A stretch of DNA of 40,500 nucleotides, taken from UHGV virus genome UHGV-0090882; one strand, given 5' to 3'. This document shows positions 8,944 to 19,716 of this stretch, piece by piece. The notes under the pieces were generated by a model that searched no databases, was not told where the DNA came from, and saw only the letters and a program-made list of their open reading frames with translations. Each line of letters begins with the position of its first letter. Position 1 is the stretch's first letter. The translations under genes were made by a program, and so were the position numbers. This DNA is from a virus.

Positions 8944-8955
8944 GTGACATGTCAC
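8944..8955. repeat. 12-bp perfect palindrome GTGACATGTCAC (copy 1 of 3)
   Basis: Overlaps the stop of 8952..9248 and abuts a terminator; identical copies at 26506 and 28771. Confidence 0.5.
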
Positions 8956-9248
8956 GTTCCTTTTCTGAATGATAGCCGTTCGAAAAATGATGACATTCCA
9001 CCGCAGACAATAGCAAAGATGATCCCACCAAAGAAGAGAAGGCCAGCCTGCCACCACTCCCACCGCCATACATCCACAGCACCAACCATACCAACAATCG
9101 CTCCAACAAATGGAATATAGCTCACGATGAAAGCAATGGGGGCTGCAATTATCCAGTGCAATCCCCACCATGATTCAAGCCCAGCCATAATTGCTGCCAA
9201 CTGAAAAAGGCCAACGACGATATAAACAATGAATCCTATCGCTTGCAT
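8952..9248 (-). CDS. Small polytopic membrane protein of unknown function
   Basis: 98 aa, about 3 hydrophobic helices; last gene of the injection-protein operon. Confidence 0.45.
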   Translation of the reverse strand: MQAIGFIVYIVVGLFQLAAIMAGLESWWGLHWIIAAPIAFIVSYIPFVGAIVGMVGAVDVWRWEWWQAGLLFFGGIIFAIVCGGMSSFFERLSFRKGT

Positions 9249-9261
9249 GTAGTCACCTATT

Positions 9262-9431
9262 TACCCAGTAAAAATCAGAGGCCTCCCCTCAATAAGGCTT
9301 GCAACAAGAACTATTCCCTGCACAACAAAGATGAACCAGCAAATAGCTTGAGTCTGAGGGTTAAGAAAATATTTGTAGCGGTCAATAAATAACAACCCAC
9401 CAGAAATTATCACACTCAAAATAATTAAAAA
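9262..9431 (-). CDS. Possible very small membrane protein (about 56 aa, GTG start); not in ORF track
   Basis: Open frame found by reading the reverse strand between 9248 and 9444; almost entirely hydrophobic. Confidence 0.25.
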
Positions 9432-9443
9432 CACAACACTTCC

Positions 9444-11918
9444 TTATTGCGGAGTGACATCCTGAGGTCGCCACCAGTATGTCTGATTAAACTCTTTCTT
9501 CGAACGTTGCTCCATTTTACGCAAATAGCCTGGTGAAAAATACTCCTGCATCTGGTTAAAGATCATATGATCGAGAGCCGCCTTTAAGTACCAGAGATTC
9601 GCACCTGGCATCAAACCTTTCCCCAGCTTCACCAGATCACCACCAGTCTGCTCACTCTTCCCTTCCACAGCATTTAACGGTATGCCCTGAGCAATCTTCA
9701 CTACGTCATCAACCAGACCAGCTACCGGGCCAAGCATCGACGCCAGCGCGCCGCTTCCGTACCTAGTGTGATCTGACAATAAAAAGTCACCGTAAAGGCC
9801 AAGGCCACCACCTTTCAGTAGAGCACCAAGCCAGAATTTTGCGGCACCTTCTCCTGTCATCTCTCGAGGATTACGACCAGACGCAAGGTCGTTAAGTTGC
9901 TGCGACAAAGCGCCAAGAATGGTCGTACTGGCAATAAACGTCGCAATATATGCCGCACGCCCACCAGCAGACGGCATACCCATAGCGCGTGACCAGTGAC
10001 GCATAACAACCGAGATAGGGAACGATTTAAACAGGAAAACACTTCTCGTTAATTCACCTTTCCATGTTCCACGCTGAATACCAGAACCGGTTATCAGTTG
10101 CTCACGTGCTCCCGGTGTAATAACAGCCATATCAACTTCTTCAGTTACGGCACCGAGCAGTTTACGCATTGCCTCAAATTTCACTCGTTCAGGCTCACCA
10201 AGATGTTTAACTGCTGAATCAGGGATACGCATAATGCTTTCCGGTGTCAGCATCGTATTATTACCGTTCCCCCAGTCCTCCTGTTGCGCCAGCTTCCATA
10301 CGCTCCAGTCTGTGTCAGTAATCCCTTTGCTTTTCAGGATACGAAAATCAGAGTCATCGAGGCTACGAAGGTCTGGTGTCCGTGACACTACTTCTCCCAG
10401 GCTTCCCATCATGGTTACGCCATAGGCGCGCTTGTGCGCATCTGACCATGCTGTAAGCCCACTGGCACGCATTACGGCCGTTGCCGCCCAACGAGACACT
10501 GACGGCCCCATATTATCCATCGCCCAGCGGTTAACGCTGCCAAGTAGAGATTCCATCGCCAGACCAGCGCGGCGCGCCCGCGCAAGTTCTGTACGGTTCG
10601 TTGGGTCCATAGCTTCAAGCTGGTTGCGGAATAACTGGTTCATTGGAAGGTTGGTAACCTTCGCAGACAGATACATGGTTCCAAGATCAGAGAACGATGA
10701 CAGCAACGCGGATCCGAGTCTGCTGGCAACCAGCCAGTTGCGGATATTGTCAGACCATCGCGCGATGTGCGGATTCGCTACAGGCTGTGTCTTTCCAGAA
10801 ATAAAGTTGTACAGATTCTCTGTGTTGTTCGCCAGCCGCTCGACTTTACCGGTTTTACTCGGGTTAGCTGTTGCCGTTTCTGCCTTAACCTGATCAAGAA
10901 GGGAGCGGAAAACATGATCGGGGTTTGGGCCATATGTTTCCACCAGTGCAATATCTTTACTGATACCTTCCAGGTGACCGACCATGATTTCCCATAGAGA
11001 GCGATCGCCATAAAGTTGCTGATATTGCAGATAGGAATCTGCATCTTTGAAATGTATCTGTCGTGATGCATTACCACGGTTAGCACGTGCGCCGGAAATT
11101 CGCATTCCGGTATCAGTAAGCTTATTCAGCCCACCAGTAGCGATCGTGTTATAAGCCTCTCCAAGAAATGCAGACAACTCGGCATCGTTCATCAGTTGTC
11201 CATCGGCTCGGGTATAATATTTGCGATCCAGCTTACCTATAACATCGCTAACCCATTTATCTTTTGATACCGCCCCAACCTTTTCCATAGAATGATGTTG
11301 AGGGATCCCCCAGTTTTCGAGATAGCCAATGTCCCCACCAGCATCATTAAACCGGCGGCGGAGTAGATCTGTCACTTCTCTCCACGCCTTAGCACCTTTT
11401 CTTGCTTTAGCATTGCCAGTATTTTGCCCTCGCATTTCATATACCAGGTCACGCACGCCCGCTTCATCTTCAAACAGGCCAAAAAAGCGAGGATCAACTG
11501 CTTCGAATGCCTCCTGCAATTGACTCAATGCATAATCACGAGTGGCTTTTGTTCTGGACTCAACAGAGAGGAAATTCGATTTACCGTCTGCATTAAAAGC
11601 AATAGTACGGTTAAGAGCGCCAAGTTTCCCATCAGCCCCTTGATAGCTATTGATAAATTTATCCAATCTCTGACGTGCGGCTATAGTAAGAGCCACACGA
11701 CGTTTCTTTAATGCCGCTTCTCGCTGTAATTCTTCAGATGCCAATTGTGCTGCACGATACAGCCGCTCTGACTCGGAAAGTTGTCGCCACGACATAGGGT
11801 CATCACGAGCAATGGAGCGCATATTGCGATAAATGCGGTCTTCAATGTTCTGTATTTCTCGCGCCGTTAACGTGCGCTGCGCCGCCTGCTGGACCGCTTG
11901 TATACATTCCTGTCTCAT
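9444..11918 (-). CDS. Large internal virion / DNA-injection protein
   Basis: 824 aa in the block of large proteins between the tail tubular genes and the tailspike, matching the position of T7-type internal core proteins. Confidence 0.5.
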   Translation of the reverse strand: MRQECIQAVQQAAQRTLTAREIQNIEDRIYRNMRSIARDDPMSWRQLSESERLYRAAQLASEELQREAALKKRRVALTIAARQRLDKFINSYQGADGKLGALNRTIAFNADGKSNFLSVESRTKATRDYALSQLQEAFEAVDPRFFGLFEDEAGVRDLVYEMRGQNTGNAKARKGAKAWREVTDLLRRRFNDAGGDIGYLENWGIPQHHSMEKVGAVSKDKWVSDVIGKLDRKYYTRADGQLMNDAELSAFLGEAYNTIATGGLNKLTDTGMRISGARANRGNASRQIHFKDADSYLQYQQLYGDRSLWEIMVGHLEGISKDIALVETYGPNPDHVFRSLLDQVKAETATANPSKTGKVERLANNTENLYNFISGKTQPVANPHIARWSDNIRNWLVASRLGSALLSSFSDLGTMYLSAKVTNLPMNQLFRNQLEAMDPTNRTELARARRAGLAMESLLGSVNRWAMDNMGPSVSRWAATAVMRASGLTAWSDAHKRAYGVTMMGSLGEVVSRTPDLRSLDDSDFRILKSKGITDTDWSVWKLAQQEDWGNGNNTMLTPESIMRIPDSAVKHLGEPERVKFEAMRKLLGAVTEEVDMAVITPGAREQLITGSGIQRGTWKGELTRSVFLFKSFPISVVMRHWSRAMGMPSAGGRAAYIATFIASTTILGALSQQLNDLASGRNPREMTGEGAAKFWLGALLKGGGLGLYGDFLLSDHTRYGSGALASMLGPVAGLVDDVVKIAQGIPLNAVEGKSEQTGGDLVKLGKGLMPGANLWYLKAALDHMIFNQMQEYFSPGYLRKMEQRSKKEFNQTYWWRPQDVTPQ

Positions 11919-11923
11919 TTAAT

Positions 11924-13726
11924 TTAACCTCTCAAGAAACACGCCACAGCGACATCAAACAGGCTGGAATCCTGTATTGCCTGCTCACTTTCCCTGTTCG
12001 TTTCATCCAGTACTTCACGCGCACTGCGCGATTGTGGATTACCATCATCATCCAGCACGGTGATTATCATGTCAGGTGATTCAAGCAGCGAGTCTTCAGC
12101 TATGCGCAGATCAATATCTCCTGCCTGATCTGACATCATTTTTTGTTCTGTCTGTTGCAATATCTTACCGGGCTCAAAAGGAGCTACTTCGTCTGGCGTC
12201 CTGACCTCTGCTGTTTTATAGAATGAAACAGCCTGAGCATTAAGTTCACTTTCTGCCTGCTGTCGCCGTGCCAGTTCTGCTCGAGCTTCAAAAAACTGAC
12301 CGCCAGGCTCATGCGGTGCCAACGCGTTACGGGAAAATTCCAAGCGTTCTTGTGCCTGCCGGATTCGTTGGTCAATATCGCGAAGTCTGGCCTGTTTATC
12401 TGATCGAGCACGAGATAAAGCCTTACCGCTACCGGTTGGCTCTTCTGCAAGAATTTGTGCGCGCTGTTCAGTGAGATTTTCAATAATTCGTTGGCTATTA
12501 GCGATTTCAGACTGGTAAACCTGTCTATCGCCACGCGGCAAAAGCTGCGCGGCCTGTTCTTCAAGCAACCGATTTTCTATAGCGCGCGCCGTTACTCCAT
12601 CATCTACAGATGACAGAGCCTCATTAACTGCCTGAGACAGCAGACTCTTGCGCCCAGGAATTTCACTGAAAGATGCAGACTCAACAATGCTGGCAACGTC
12701 TACAGGTCTCCCCTGGCTAACATCAGACATGGCTTTTCGCAGAGCCTGAATGTGCGAATTACGCGAAAGCACGTTGATCGGAACGCCGGGAGCAATATCA
12801 ATTTCAGCATGATGAGCGGCATTCGCCGCCAGTGCAGCATCGATATCAACTGGTGCAAAATTTGGTGCGCTTGTAGACTCGCCGCGAGAGTTCATAAATC
12901 TGCCGACACCACCAAACGCCACCCCAAGAACAGCATCAATAGCAATTGCCTGTCGATCCAACACATCATACTGGTTAGCCATTTCGCTATAGCCACCATC
13001 ACGAAGCGTTTTTGCAGTAAGCCCACGCTGTGCCATACCGAACGCAATATTTGTACCTGCGGCATAGGCAATATCTGGCGTTGCACGTACTGCTGTTGCT
13101 GCGGCGCGTCGCACTGAACTTTCACCCGTCCGCGCAAGCTGGGCCGCCACACCTTCCGCCAGCGCACCACCAGCACGTAACCCGAGGCTCATAGGGATCA
13201 GTGTTCCGGCACCAGCAGTAATACCCTGCACTAATCCCGCTTCCTGCGCCGTCCTGAAATCAACACCCTGAGCGGACAGGCGCTCAAATTCAGAGAATCC
13301 CTGAAGAGAGGTAACTGCGGCTGCGCCACCAATCGGCCCTGCTAATGCTGAACCGACAACAGCCTGTCCGCCCATATCGAACAACCCATAAAGAACCTGC
13401 CCGGCGGTTCCGGTTGTCGCGGCATCAGGCGTCAACCGCTTAACCTGCTGCTCTGCTAGTTTTCTCTGCTCGGCAATGTATGAAACTGAAGTATCATTGA
13501 ACGAGGTGTTTTCGTTAACAAACTGAGCAATCGGGGATACGATTTTATCCATTCCTGCCCATAGCAACTGGTCTGGCTTTGCCACCAGCCCGGAGTACAA
13601 ACCAGACAATGCCGCTCCTACAGCATTGTCGAAAAAACCAACATCGCTGTTAAAGCCCGCTGGATTTGATGCTGCTTCGTCAAGCTGCTGATTCTGGTTT
13701 ACTGGATTAAGGCCAAAGTAACTCAT
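11924..13726 (-). CDS. Internal virion / injection protein
   Basis: 600 aa, Ala/Gly-rich N-terminus, coiled-coil segments; position in the core-protein block. Confidence 0.45.
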   Translation of the reverse strand: MSYFGLNPVNQNQQLDEAASNPAGFNSDVGFFDNAVGAALSGLYSGLVAKPDQLLWAGMDKIVSPIAQFVNENTSFNDTSVSYIAEQRKLAEQQVKRLTPDAATTGTAGQVLYGLFDMGGQAVVGSALAGPIGGAAAVTSLQGFSEFERLSAQGVDFRTAQEAGLVQGITAGAGTLIPMSLGLRAGGALAEGVAAQLARTGESSVRRAAATAVRATPDIAYAAGTNIAFGMAQRGLTAKTLRDGGYSEMANQYDVLDRQAIAIDAVLGVAFGGVGRFMNSRGESTSAPNFAPVDIDAALAANAAHHAEIDIAPGVPINVLSRNSHIQALRKAMSDVSQGRPVDVASIVESASFSEIPGRKSLLSQAVNEALSSVDDGVTARAIENRLLEEQAAQLLPRGDRQVYQSEIANSQRIIENLTEQRAQILAEEPTGSGKALSRARSDKQARLRDIDQRIRQAQERLEFSRNALAPHEPGGQFFEARAELARRQQAESELNAQAVSFYKTAEVRTPDEVAPFEPGKILQQTEQKMMSDQAGDIDLRIAEDSLLESPDMIITVLDDDGNPQSRSAREVLDETNRESEQAIQDSSLFDVAVACFLRG

Positions 13727-16236
13727 TGCGGAATATCTCCGGAGAATCTCTGACGCTTCTGTGTCAGATCAAGAACAACAGGAGAACCATCATCTTTCAG
13801 CAGATAACCAGTACCAAGTTTCACCAGATACTGACTATCGCCGTAACTTTGCAAACCATACTGACCAGGCGGTGTTTTTATCCCGGTGCCGACAACTTGT
13901 TCATTCCAAGCCTGATTAACCTGCTTATCGAATTGCTCTGCAGACATTCCCCACGGCAAAAGGACATTCCCCATTCCGTTATAGTCATGCACGCCACCTG
14001 TAGCTACGTTAACAGCCTGTTTCCAGATATCAGTGTCAATTTCACCTGATATCACGCCTTTTTTCGCCATCACACCAGCGTAATAGTCCTTTGCGATCTC
14101 GTATGCCATTGATGCCCCCTGAGCATCACCAGCAAATGCATCCTTCACCATGTCAGAAAACTCAAGGCGAAGATCAGCATCTTTAGGCATCGGAATACCT
14201 TTCGCATCATCAGTACCTTTACGAGCCGCCGCGCCAGCAAGAATTGTCTGCGCAGCGGTTTCAGGAGACACGGAAACATCCGGATTAAACCAGTTTTTTT
14301 CTGCCAAAATACCACCAGGCTTGTCCATCAGTATCCCGGCAACGGCAGCAGATGGAGCGTTGGCACTGATCTGCTGTAGTGCTGACATATACACCTGCCC
14401 ACCACCAGTGCTCTGCCTGATGGTATCGAGATATGCTGCCTGTTGGGAAACTGGAGCATCACGAAAGAAAACACCGATCTGATTGGCCTCGTCTTTGGAA
14501 AAGAACGTCAGTGGAGTGCCATATGACTTAGCAAGGTCACTGACCTGAGCGGCACGCAAGGCAACGCTCTGTCCAAAGTTATCCTTATTGCTCATGTCGA
14601 TAGGCTTTGTCTGTCCGGAGGCAAGAGAGAACTGCACAGGATCCGACTGCCGCTGCTTTATCACCTGATTTGCAGCCGAAACAACGTTGTCATAAAGAGC
14701 TGCGCGTGCCGCATACCCCTCCCCTGTTTCACCAGTATCCGGGCGTAATTGCTCAACATATGCTGTAATGCTGCTTGTCGGCATGTTGCGGAAAGAGCCT
14801 ATATACTGTCCGGCGATCTGCGTATTCTTAAACTCGGTATATCGCAGGTTTCCTTCTCTGACTCCATAAGCTGCAATAAAATCATCCTCACCAGGTGGGT
14901 TAGGAAATTCAACGCCACGCATATACGCAGCCGTCGCATCGCGAACCCGGCTGTCGAGCATCGTTTTATATTCAGCCTGCTGTTGTCTGGCTAGTGCATC
15001 AGTCTGTCGCAACACGCTGGCCTGATCTGATTCACTTAAAGCATCGAACCAGGCTACACCGGTATAACGTTTATTTTTTGTCGGTAGCTGAGAAAGCCCC
15101 AGCGCAGCACTAACACCTGCAGTTAACTGCTGATCACTGTATGGCTGGCTACCGTTTTCATGATGGATAATGGCTGCACAAAGCGCCTTCAGGGTATCAG
15201 GATTTGATGCATCGAGAGGCTCATCAGCAGAAACGCCAAGTTGTTCGCACACTGCTTTGATATACGACATAGTGTCATTTTTATCAGTAGGCGGTGCCCA
15301 GCGATTAATTATCTCGCTGACGGTATCAATACCCTGCCGCTGATACGACATCAGGTTCCGCCCTAATGCACGAATACCGTGTTCAGGGGTTTCGAATTTG
15401 GCAAAGCGACCATCATCACCAGTCTGCCCAACCCACGGATTAGTTTTGCTGTATTCAAGATTGCCGGGGTTATTGTTGCGTATACCGCGGGTACGATCGG
15501 AAGAGCCACTATCTGCTACAGCACGGCGAGATCCAGCAGCAGTATCGCTTAACTCGCCGTTTTGCTGTCTTACCTGAAGATAGTTTGCTCCAATAGCATT
15601 TTGAGCAGTTGCTTTTGCTGTTGCTTCTTTAAACTCGATTTTCTTGGCCTGGATTTGCTCGTCACTCCAGCCATGTGCAATGCCGTAATCCTCAATTTGC
15701 TGGAAAGTTTGCTTATTAGCCAATACGTATGCGGCGTTGTCGCCATACAATGCTGCGGCATTTTTACCATTGTTCAGCAGCGTAGCCTGAAACTGGCCTT
15801 CTTCGTAGGCATTTATTTGCCCTATCTCGTGCCGCCCTGCCTGCGTAGTGAACTGAATGCGCTGCTGCTGCGCCTGCTGCATGAAAGCATTACGAGCCTG
15901 TTCATCCGGCAGCGACATAGCCAGTTGTTCGACCTGAGCATCAAACTGCTGCGTATACTCCTGACCTTTTCCAATAGCATTTTTCCCTTTCAGGTTAAGC
16001 AATCCTGTTTCAGGATTATTCAGCAGATCACTGCTTATCTGACTGAGGTTAAGAGATGCCTCCTGAGCCAGAGCGATATTGGCACGCTGTTTTTCCTGAC
16101 CAAAAACATCAATTGCCTCTGTCCCTGCCCGAACAAAAGCATTACCAATACCTGGCTGAGAAAACGTCTGCAAGCCTGCTGACTGAACTCCACGGCTCTG
16201 AACCTGACGGCCGGATACTGTTGGTACGACTGGCAT
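13723..16236 (-). CDS. Internal virion protein, possibly with a cell-wall-degrading domain
   Basis: Start trimmed to ATG 16236 (GGAGG upstream, TAATG overlap with the preceding gene). Conserved-looking block RGIRNNNPGNLEYSKTNPWVGQ...; hydrolase function is inference. Confidence 0.45.
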   Translation of the reverse strand: MPVVPTVSGRQVQSRGVQSAGLQTFSQPGIGNAFVRAGTEAIDVFGQEKQRANIALAQEASLNLSQISSDLLNNPETGLLNLKGKNAIGKGQEYTQQFDAQVEQLAMSLPDEQARNAFMQQAQQQRIQFTTQAGRHEIGQINAYEEGQFQATLLNNGKNAAALYGDNAAYVLANKQTFQQIEDYGIAHGWSDEQIQAKKIEFKEATAKATAQNAIGANYLQVRQQNGELSDTAAGSRRAVADSGSSDRTRGIRNNNPGNLEYSKTNPWVGQTGDDGRFAKFETPEHGIRALGRNLMSYQRQGIDTVSEIINRWAPPTDKNDTMSYIKAVCEQLGVSADEPLDASNPDTLKALCAAIIHHENGSQPYSDQQLTAGVSAALGLSQLPTKNKRYTGVAWFDALSESDQASVLRQTDALARQQQAEYKTMLDSRVRDATAAYMRGVEFPNPPGEDDFIAAYGVREGNLRYTEFKNTQIAGQYIGSFRNMPTSSITAYVEQLRPDTGETGEGYAARAALYDNVVSAANQVIKQRQSDPVQFSLASGQTKPIDMSNKDNFGQSVALRAAQVSDLAKSYGTPLTFFSKDEANQIGVFFRDAPVSQQAAYLDTIRQSTGGGQVYMSALQQISANAPSAAVAGILMDKPGGILAEKNWFNPDVSVSPETAAQTILAGAAARKGTDDAKGIPMPKDADLRLEFSDMVKDAFAGDAQGASMAYEIAKDYYAGVMAKKGVISGEIDTDIWKQAVNVATGGVHDYNGMGNVLLPWGMSAEQFDKQVNQAWNEQVVGTGIKTPPGQYGLQSYGDSQYLVKLGTGYLLKDDGSPVVLDLTQKRQRFSGDIPQ

Positions 16237-16781
16237 TATAATCCTCCGGGTAATCTGGTTCCTGCTGCTGCCCCGATTGGCGCAGGGGTGCTTTGAGTAA
16301 ACGGACTCCACGTCCCACCAAACATCTGGTACGCACCGTATGCCTTCAGAGGCGCAGTGAGCAATGTTGTTGCTGCTCCCACATTCCCCTGTTTACGGGC
16401 TGAACTGGCTTCTGCTTTATAGTTGGCAGCCTGAACCTGATAACCGTAAGCCTCGCGTTGCGCGTTATTCACCGTCGTCAGAGAATCAAGAGCGCCAAAC
16501 TGGGCAGTGTCGCCAAATATATCCAGCGCGTTACCTGTAGATAAATCAGCGCCGGTAGCCCCCATTGTCGCCGCCTGTGTACCAAGCCGCTGTCGGGTCT
16601 CTCTGCGCCGTTGCTCAGCTTCAGCGTTACCTCTGTTTATTGCATCATTTGCCTGAGCTGTGGCTATATCTGCGTTCGCTTCTGCAACCTTCGAGGCATA
16701 CTTTCCCTGTTGGTACTGGGTGTATGCCTGAATGCTACTCATGGCGAGCATTGCGCCACCAGCAATAACCGGATCGCACAT
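16236..16781 (-). CDS. Internal virion protein (T7 gp14-like by position and size)
   Basis: 181 aa, Ala/Gln-rich. Confidence 0.4.
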   Translation of the reverse strand: MCDPVIAGGAMLAMSSIQAYTQYQQGKYASKVAEANADIATAQANDAINRGNAEAEQRRRETRQRLGTQAATMGATGADLSTGNALDIFGDTAQFGALDSLTTVNNAQREAYGYQVQAANYKAEASSARKQGNVGAATTLLTAPLKAYGAYQMFGGTWSPFTQSTPAPIGAAAGTRLPGGL

Positions 16782-17245
16782 TATTTTCTCTCCATGTGAA
16801 ATCTGTGGAAATTAAGACCAAGAGCACCATAAGGCGCGGCTTCTTCAAGCCTGAATCCAAGCCAGTGCAGCCATGCTTTGGCAACATGGTTTCGCTCGTC
16901 GACATAGTTTTCCAGGCGCGGATAAACTGCCAGCATCTGCTGCAATACAGGGCGGCAGTGGCGAAGAAATGTCTTCTGATATTTTTCGATACGGCTGGTT
17001 CCGACCAGCCAGGGCGTACCATTGCCACCGATCATTGACGCCGGAGATACGCCAAACATGGTTACCAGTTCTCCGTTCGCAAATCCTGACCAGGCCATAG
17101 TCGCAGTACGCAGACCAACACGCAGCGCATCTTCGGTAGTCATCAGTGATACCGCATACAGTTCGTCAATATCAGCCTGACGAACATCCGGCAAAATCAT
17201 CTGAAGATGCTCTTCGGTTGCGGGAATAATTTGAACATAGATCAT
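16781..17245 (-). CDS. Virion-associated protein (T7 gp13-like by position)
   Basis: 154 aa between the tail-tubular-B-like and gp14-like genes. Confidence 0.35.
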   Translation of the reverse strand: MIYVQIIPATEEHLQMILPDVRQADIDELYAVSLMTTEDALRVGLRTATMAWSGFANGELVTMFGVSPASMIGGNGTPWLVGTSRIEKYQKTFLRHCRPVLQQMLAVYPRLENYVDERNHVAKAWLHWLGFRLEEAAPYGALGLNFHRFHMERK

Positions 17246-19716
17246 CAGAATCCCCCAACAGTAAGGCGAGGAATAACGGCAAGAACAGACAGCGGCAACG
17301 GATCAAGCTGACGGATTTTTACACGTCCGTTTTTGCCCCAGTTACTGTCCAGTTTCACTTCTACTTTTCCGGTAGCATCATCAACAGGATCATCGTAGAA
17401 CTCGAATTCACGCTGTGGATATTCGTACCATTTACCGCCGGGCGTAGTCGCCCAGATGCCGCGACTGGCATTCACAACCAGAGTAACGGAGGGGATCACC
17501 TGTTTTTTGTCCAGCAGCGTTTCCTGTCCGTTAATGTTGATATCCAGTGTTTCGAATTCAGCAGTTATTGGCAGGCCGATGTGCACTACAGCCCCCGGAG
17601 ATTCCAGCGTGACGGCACCTCCGGAAACCACTTTCTGTGGTTCCACGTTCGCATCAGAGAGAATGTTTACGGTCTGGCCTTCAAGATGAGACAGGCCTCC
17701 AAATGTCCGGCGCGCCATCTGCCAGTTCGTGGTGGCCACATTCCTGAGGGATGGCGGGACGTTCCTGTTAGCACGAACCACTACAGCGGTATTGCTGGTT
17801 ACAGAAATAATGTCGCAACGTAATTCTTTTGACACCTCATCGCCAGTATCAGGATCAGTTCCGGTATAAGGGAACTGTAGTTGCGCGCCGACATCACTAC
17901 TGGTGAAGTACGCACCACCAGAAACACTGATTGTATATTCCGCGCGGTAATCCCATTCGCCAGAACCACCAGTGATGGTCATCGTTCTGTCAGACGTATT
18001 TCTTCCATCATAGCTAAGGCCAGAATCAACAAAGAAAGCATCTTCATCGCTGGTAAATAAACGGCTGGACAGTCGCTCGATGTATCTCACTGTTTGCCCG
18101 TTAACGGTTCGGTTAATGACGAAATACACCGCATCTTCATTGCCTTCGCTGATACTGCATGTGCTTTCATATTTTCCGGTACTGGACTGTGGTGCCCATG
18201 CAAAAACCTGTTGATCACGCAAATAGGTCATCACCAGTAATTTACCGTCATCACGAATGCAGAAGGCGCTGGAGTAAGGGACTATCGAGAAGCACCAGTC
18301 AACAATGCTGTGCTTCTGAAAAAGATGATTGGCAAGGATGGTCAGGTCGTTCCCCTGATAGCCGTCAACATCGAATGAGTAGGCCAGATCACGGACAACG
18401 CTGCCTTTCTCCTGGACGAACAGAGCAATATTCGCCACGGCAATTGGCGGGACGTTGCTTGAGCCATTTGATCCCTGAGAGCTGAATGCAAATGATGATG
18501 GGGTTAACACTTTGTTCTGGTCGCCGGTGATGACGTACTCACCTCCGGAAGTCAGCGCCACCAGAGAACCAACATCAATCAGGTGGCGGATCTCATTAAC
18601 CTGACGTCCGGCATAGGTGTAGATAATTCTGTCGTCATCCTGCGTAGGATTGCTTTTGCCAAAATCCTTATAATCCCCGGTACGGCTGGCCCAGATAGTC
18701 TGAGGAAACGCAGTCGATGCGGCGAAGTAAAGACGTTGTTGATAATAAACAACAGTGCCAGGATAACCATTAACACTGTTCCAGGCATATTTAGCCCATT
18801 TATAGCTGGCATTATCCTCGCCCACGACCTGCGAAGGGATATAGGAAATCACCTCGGCAGTTGCAGTAGTTCCATTTGCAGCAGTGATACGGGCAATGCC
18901 AAAACCACTGTGCAGATATTCCCACTCAATGCCAGTATCATCATCACCGGATCCGCCCCAGCCATCCCATGATGTGCCTTCTGTATGCGAAGGGCGCAAA
19001 GTACCTGTTTTGCCTGCTGTAACGGCGCGATAGTAGTTACTGTCTGCACGGCGAATATCGCCAATCGACGTACTCTTACTGGTTTCCCATACCGGCACAG
19101 AATCCACTGCAGGCTGTTCCAGATAGAACAATTTTCCTACCTGCTCCGCGCCAAAAATAGAGGCGCTTGCCGTTAGCGTAATTGTCCCGGTGCTGGCGCT
19201 GGCATAAACCGTCACTGACTCGTCAATATTGATATCTTCAAATGGCCCGTTCTTCGTTACCACATCAACCAGTTGCCAGTTGTCATGCGCATAGCGGCGC
19301 AACTCTTTCGGCGGGTATGCCGGATGAACCAGCGTAAGCACGTCTGCGCTTTGCGTGAATTTAATTCGGAACAGATCGGTTTCAGTATATGGCGTGGAAA
19401 TTTCATAAATAACATTGCTGCTGTTCAGCACCAACGCACCATCTTTGATAACGCGCATGTACTGGTGTCCGAACTCCAGAGCATAAGTCTGAACCGTCGA
19501 GAACTGGAACGGGATCAGGCGGCATTTCCGATTTGGGTATTTGGCGGCACCGACAAAACGCGTACCAGGTCGATTCTCAACTCCGCCATACTGCCGCACG
19601 ATAAAGTTATCGCACTTGCGCAATGCCACCTGGTACTTCGCCATGTCAATACGACCGTACAACGACGGTCCAATCTCACCACCGGCAAAGCTGGGCTGGA
19701 TCCAACTGATAGCCAT
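17245..19716 (-). CDS. Tail tubular protein B-like (nozzle)
   Basis: 823 aa directly after a 201-aa gene; sizes and order match T7 gp11/gp12. Confidence 0.5.
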   Translation of the reverse strand: MAISWIQPSFAGGEIGPSLYGRIDMAKYQVALRKCDNFIVRQYGGVENRPGTRFVGAAKYPNRKCRLIPFQFSTVQTYALEFGHQYMRVIKDGALVLNSSNVIYEISTPYTETDLFRIKFTQSADVLTLVHPAYPPKELRRYAHDNWQLVDVVTKNGPFEDINIDESVTVYASASTGTITLTASASIFGAEQVGKLFYLEQPAVDSVPVWETSKSTSIGDIRRADSNYYRAVTAGKTGTLRPSHTEGTSWDGWGGSGDDDTGIEWEYLHSGFGIARITAANGTTATAEVISYIPSQVVGEDNASYKWAKYAWNSVNGYPGTVVYYQQRLYFAASTAFPQTIWASRTGDYKDFGKSNPTQDDDRIIYTYAGRQVNEIRHLIDVGSLVALTSGGEYVITGDQNKVLTPSSFAFSSQGSNGSSNVPPIAVANIALFVQEKGSVVRDLAYSFDVDGYQGNDLTILANHLFQKHSIVDWCFSIVPYSSAFCIRDDGKLLVMTYLRDQQVFAWAPQSSTGKYESTCSISEGNEDAVYFVINRTVNGQTVRYIERLSSRLFTSDEDAFFVDSGLSYDGRNTSDRTMTITGGSGEWDYRAEYTISVSGGAYFTSSDVGAQLQFPYTGTDPDTGDEVSKELRCDIISVTSNTAVVVRANRNVPPSLRNVATTNWQMARRTFGGLSHLEGQTVNILSDANVEPQKVVSGGAVTLESPGAVVHIGLPITAEFETLDININGQETLLDKKQVIPSVTLVVNASRGIWATTPGGKWYEYPQREFEFYDDPVDDATGKVEVKLDSNWGKNGRVKIRQLDPLPLSVLAVIPRLTVGGF

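Noticed and set aside
8944-8955. GTGACATGTCAC as a CRP or FNR site
   Set aside because: Half-site spacing does not fit CRP (TGTGA-N6-TCACA) or FNR (TTGAT-N4-ATCAA).
15562-16182. 206-aa plus-strand ORF
   Set aside because: Antisense within the large internal virion protein gene; Leu/Cys-rich artefactual composition.
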